Shown: one piece after another, positions 62,724-64,000 of the stretch
Numbering within the stretch: the first letter of the stretch is position 1
Layout of the letters: every line of letters begins with the position of its first letter
Assembly: GCA_963823035.1 (NCBI GenBank)
Contig: CAWGKG010000014.1
Coordinates: 160,001 to 224,000, forward strand
Length of the DNA: 64,000 bases
Source of the DNA: an uncultured Gemmatimonadales bacterium
GTDB lineage: Bacteria > Gemmatimonadota > Gemmatimonadetes > Longimicrobiales > Gaopeijiaceae
Reading direction: 5' to 3'
Program-made: the position numbers and the translations under genes
The notes under the pieces: generated by a model
The model's input: the letters and a program-made list of their open reading frames with translations, nothing else
The model's database searches: none
What the model was told of the DNA's origin: nothing

Positions 62724-63872
62724 ATGTCCTCCGTCCAAGTCCGGGACGCCTCCGAGGCCGAACCCCTGGCCCGCTCCCTCGCGGGATCGCGCCGCTTCGC
62801 GCTCGACTGCGAGGCGGCGGGATTTCACCGCTATTCGGACCGTTTGTGTCTCCTCCAGGTGACGACCGAGGACGACACCTTCATCGTCGATCCGCTCTCC
62901 TTCGATCCTTCCGACCTCCTGCGCGGGCCGCTCGAGGACCCGGAGGTCGAGATCGTGATGCACGGTGCCGACTTCGACCTGCGCCTCCTGGACCGAGATC
63001 TCGACATCCGCCTGCACGGCCTCTTCGACACCCAGGTCGCGGCAGCCCTCCTGGGCGAATCTGCGCTCGGCCTCCAGGCCCTCCTGGAGAGCCGTCTGGG
63101 CGTGTCCCTCTCCAAGAAGTACCAGCGCGCCGACTGGGCGGAGCGCCCCCTCAAGGAGGGGATGCTGGACTACGCCGCGGACGACACCCGGTATCTCAGG
63201 AAGCTGGCCGACCTCCTGCGCGAGGACCTGCGCACCGCGGGACGGGAGGCCTGGGCCGTGGAGGAGTGCCGTGCGCTCGAGGAGAGCGCCACGGCACCGA
63301 CCGACGAGGAGCCCGAGGACGTCGTGGTCCGCGTGAAGGGTGCGCGTGACCTGACCCCCCGCGAGGTCACGGCGCTGCGCGAGGCCATCGACTGGCGCGA
63401 CGAGATCGCCCGTGCGCGCGACCGTGCTACGTTCCGTGTTGTGGGCGATCCGGCGCTGCTGGAAGCCGTGGTGCGCCGCCCCCTGAGCGACTCGGAGCTG
63501 GCGGCGATCAAGGGCTTCCCCAAGGCGCTGGCGCGCACGGACGGGGACGAGCTTCTGCGTCGCTTCGACCATGTGGCGCAGCTCCCCGACGACGAGTTGC
63601 GCCCCTATCCGCGGCGGCCTCGGGGCGGCGGCCCGGGACGGCCCTCCCCCGAGGTGGAGGAGCTGGCCGAGAAGCTCAAGAACGCGCGCAACCGACGGGC
63701 CGAGGCGCTCGGGCTCGACCGCGGCACGCTCCTTCCGAACGCGCTCCTCCTCGCGATCGCCCAGGCGGCACCCGCGGACGAGCAGGCGCTCTTCGCGGTG
63801 GAAGGTATCCGGCGCTGGCAGGTCGAAGCCGTCGGTGCGCAGCTCCTCGAGGTGCTGGGCGCGCGCCGCTGA
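62724..63872 (+). CDS. rnd: Ribonuclease D (DEDDy exonuclease plus two HRDC domains)
   Basis: ALDCE, LCLLQ, MHGADFD, FDTQVAA, QRADWAERPL, YAADD; HRDC WRDEIAR..DR. Confidence 0.9.
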   Translation: MSSVQVRDASEAEPLARSLAGSRRFALDCEAAGFHRYSDRLCLLQVTTEDDTFIVDPLSFDPSDLLRGPLEDPEVEIVMHGADFDLRLLDRDLDIRLHGLFDTQVAAALLGESALGLQALLESRLGVSLSKKYQRADWAERPLKEGMLDYAADDTRYLRKLADLLREDLRTAGREAWAVEECRALEESATAPTDEEPEDVVVRVKGARDLTPREVTALREAIDWRDEIARARDRATFRVVGDPALLEAVVRRPLSDSELAAIKGFPKALARTDGDELLRRFDHVAQLPDDELRPYPRRPRGGGPGRPSPEVEELAEKLKNARNRRAEALGLDRGTLLPNALLLAIAQAAPADEQALFAVEGIRRWQVEAVGAQLLEVLGARR

Positions 63873-63898
63873 CGGCCTTCGGGGTCGCGGGCGACGCC

Positions 63899-64000
63899 TC
63901 AGGCCGCCTCCTCCTCCTTCAGCTTGCAGTCGATGCAGTAGCGGGCGTGCGGTAGCGCGTCCAGCCGCTCGAAGCCCACGTCGTTCCCGCACGTGTGGCA
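63899..64000 (-). CDS. DksA/TraR C4 zinc-finger protein, 3' end only
   Basis: CHTCGNDVGFERLDALPHARYCIDCKLKEEEAA*. Confidence 0.85.
   Translation of the reverse strand, partial: CHTCGNDVGFERLDALPHARYCIDCKLKEEEAA

Overview
High-GC (about 70%) bacterial chromosome segment, almost all coded on the minus strand. The Gemmatimonadota-like EF-Tu variant and the gene order suggest Gemmatimonadota; this is an inference. From left to right: (1) 1-12.3 kb, a Wzx/Wzy-type surface polysaccharide locus (AsnB-like amidotransferase, several glycosyltransferases including a GT14-like enzyme, hexapeptide acetyltransferase, methyltransferase, flippase, two polymerase/ligase-like membrane proteins). (2) 12.4-33.0 kb, rpmB, a hypothetical membrane protein, and the alpha/spc/S10/str ribosomal superoperon. 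(3) 33.2-37.1 kb, an insert between rpsL and rpoC carrying serA and a four-gene RiPP-like cassette: HprK-like kinase, PqqD/RRE, a methyltransferase with the eukaryote-type PRMT fold, and an 82-aa peptide with a twin-arginine-like leader and a Lys-rich core. (4) 37.1-51.2 kb, rpoC, rpoB, rplL, rplJ, rplA, rplK, nusG, secE, rpmG, a second tuf and four tRNAs. (5) 51.3-64 kb, housekeeping genes (cysS, pyrF, pyrD, TPR lipoprotein, amidase, smpB, YihY, YtxH, pgi, MBL hydrolase, pyk, rnd, partial DksA/TraR). The best candidate for an undescribed system is the kinase-RRE-PRMT-peptide cassette. Also notable are two EF-Tu paralogs with different switch I regions and a circularly permuted L1-binding-like RNA upstream of rplA. 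About a dozen single-base frameshifts, several in essential genes, look like assembly errors. All family assignments come from motif recognition by eye; no searches were run.
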